Shown here in pieces: positions 62,569 to 64,000 of a stretch of DNA of 64,000 nucleotides. Source of the DNA: Acidobacteriota bacterium (GTDB lineage Bacteria > Acidobacteriota > Thermoanaerobaculia > Multivoradales > JAGPDF01); the NCBI GenBank assembly GCA_045862895.1, contig BTUO01000007.1:169020-233019 (forward strand), given 5' to 3'. Each line of letters begins with the position of its first letter. The stretch's first letter is position 1. Made by a program: the position numbers and the translations under genes. The notes beneath the pieces were generated by a model that saw nothing but the letters and a program-made list of their open reading frames with translations, searched no databases and was not told the DNA's origin.

Positions 62569-63611
62569 GCCTCGCCATCGCCACCGCGCTGGTCGACCGT
62601 GGCGTCGTCCCCGACCCGCTGATCCGCTTCGGCATCCGCCGGCTGCTCGCCGGGCGGCTGCGCGACGAGCGCCGTCGCGCGCCGCTCTCGGCCGAGGCGC
62701 GCCTCGCCGAGTGGAAGCTGCGGCAGGCCGCCGCGCCGCTCGCGCCGCTCCCGGACGCCGCCAATCGCCAGCACTACGAGCTGCCGACCGAATTCTTCCG
62801 CCTGGTGCTGGGGCCGCGCCTGAAGTACAGCTCGTGCTGGTGGCCGCACGGCGTCGAGGACCTCGCCCGCGCCGAAGAGGAGATGCTGGCGCTCACCGCC
62901 GAGCGCGCCGGCGTCGCCGACGGCCAGGAGACCCTCGATCTCGGCTCCGGCTGGGGCTCGCTCTCGCTCTGGCTCGCCGAGCGGCTGCCGAACGCGCGCA
63001 TCACGGCGGTGTCGAACTCGGCGCCGCAGGGCTCGTTCCTGCGCGCCGAAGCCGATCGCCGCGGGCTCACCAACGTCCGCCACGTCAAGGCCGACATCAA
63101 CGCCCTCGAGCTCGAGCGCCGCTACGACCGCATCGTCTCGGTCGAGATGTTCGAGCACCTGCGCAACTACGCCGAGCTGTTCGCTCGCCTCGAGCGCTGG
63201 CTCGCTCCCGGCGGCGCGCTGTTCGTCCACGTCTTCTGCCACCGCGAGCTCGCCTACCCGTTCGAGGACCACGGCGCCTCGGACTGGATGGCCCGCCACT
63301 TCTTCAGCGGCGGCGTGATGCCGTCGGCCGACCTGCTCCCCGCCTTCCGCGGCTGCCTCGAGCTCGACCAGCGCTGGCTGATCCCCGGCTTTCACTACGA
63401 ACGCACCGCCGAGGCCTGGCTCGCCAACCTCGACCGGCGACGCGACGAGGCGCTCGACGTCCTCGAACGCGTCCACGGACCCGGCGCGGCTCGCACCTGG
63501 CTCGAGCGTTGGCGGGTCTTCTTCCTGGCCTGTTCCGAGCTGTTCGGCTACCGCGCCGGCAGCGAGTGGCTGGTGGCGCACTACCGCTTCGTCGCCGCCG
63601 CCGGCGAGTGA
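62565..63611 (+). CDS. second Cfa-family SAM methyltransferase (coclaurine N-methyltransferase-like clade)
   Basis: PDPLIRFGIR, NRQHYELP, KYSSCWW, LDLGSGWGS, SVEMFEH, WMARHFFSGG, ELFGY. Confidence 0.88.
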   Translation: MSLAIATALVDRGVVPDPLIRFGIRRLLAGRLRDERRRAPLSAEARLAEWKLRQAAAPLAPLPDAANRQHYELPTEFFRLVLGPRLKYSSCWWPHGVEDLARAEEEMLALTAERAGVADGQETLDLGSGWGSLSLWLAERLPNARITAVSNSAPQGSFLRAEADRRGLTNVRHVKADINALELERRYDRIVSVEMFEHLRNYAELFARLERWLAPGGALFVHVFCHRELAYPFEDHGASDWMARHFFSGGVMPSADLLPAFRGCLELDQRWLIPGFHYERTAEAWLANLDRRRDEALDVLERVHGPGAARTWLERWRVFFLACSELFGYRAGSEWLVAHYRFVAAAGE

Positions 63612-63708
63612 CCCGCACCAGAGTCGCTCGCCGGACTGCGGCGCGCCGACGGGTTTCGCCGAGGGCCGAGACCCACACCCGGGCCGCGCTCGGCGGCGGG
63701 GCGAGGCC

Positions 63709-64000
63709 TCAGGAGCCGGGTGGCGAGGAGAGCGCGGCGACCCCCCCGGCGAGCAGGGCGGCGAGCGCGAAGTAACCGACCGTGATCGCCACGCGCTCAC
63801 CGGCGGAGATCTCGAAGTATCCGGGTGGCTCCGAGCCTTTCGCCCGGAAGACCTGGACGGCGCGGATCGAGCCGAGCACGACGATTGCCCACAGCAGCGG
63901 GTTGGCGGTTCGGATCGCCATCCAGAGCGCGACGGCCAGGCCACCGATCCAGAACCAGCGCGAGATTGCCCCGGCGATGCGGCCGCCGTCGAGCGGCGAG
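63709..64000 (-). CDS. site-2 protease (M50) family protein, C-terminal part (5' end beyond the window)
   Basis: The frame read from 63999 gives SPLDGGRIAGAISRWFW..., matching the PLDGG motif of M50 peptidases, followed by TMs. Confidence 0.75.
   Translation of the reverse strand, partial: SPLDGGRIAGAISRWFWIGGLAVALWMAIRTANPLLWAIVVLGSIRAVQVFRAKGSEPPGYFEISAGERVAITVGYFALAALLAGGVAALSSPPGS

Noticed and set aside
1-64000. Mobile elements, prophage, tRNA/rRNA, defence systems
   Set aside because: No transposase, integrase, phage structural, cas or restriction-type proteins, and no tRNA/rRNA-like sequence in the short intergenic regions.

Overview
A very GC-rich, gene-dense bacterial window. The likely source is Acidobacteriota, possibly Thermoanaerobaculia-like; this is inferred from gene content (DUF6526, many Hanks kinases, many GT-C enzymes, FxDGFESG-tailed secreted proteins). 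About 42 real CDS can be recovered from the six-frame track. Most of the very long Arg/Ala/Gly-rich ORFs are shadow frames. I found no rRNA, tRNA, CRISPR array, transposase, integrase or prophage. Housekeeping and metabolic genes include a Ski2-like helicase, pepD, mltA, fkpA, prfC, an amidase, a D-amino-acid dehydrogenase-like enzyme and a BoxD/PaaZ-like aldehyde dehydrogenase. Accessory loci are: (i) a Rieske oxygenase / aminomethyltransferase / twin FAD-oxidoreductase cluster; (ii) a ufaD-ufaO-ufaM-like (furan fatty acid-type) lipid cluster with a second methyltransferase; (iii) three membrane Ser/Thr kinases and a PDZ-GAF-PP2C phosphatase; (iv) four GT-C-type membrane glycosyltransferases. 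The strongest candidate for an undescribed system is as follows. Four secreted repeat proteins of three different folds (two LVIVD, one CSLREA, one FG-GAP) all end in the same tail, F[AG]DGFE[SN]G-x4-W-x5-stop. Two of them lie divergent from an ECF43-type sigma factor/kinase pair and share a candidate ECF promoter, TGnnCC-N17-CGCGTAG. Several genes appear to be transcribed leaderless (TANNNT 6-8 nt before ATG). A frameshifted cytochrome c with an EF-hand-like loop sits at the left edge.
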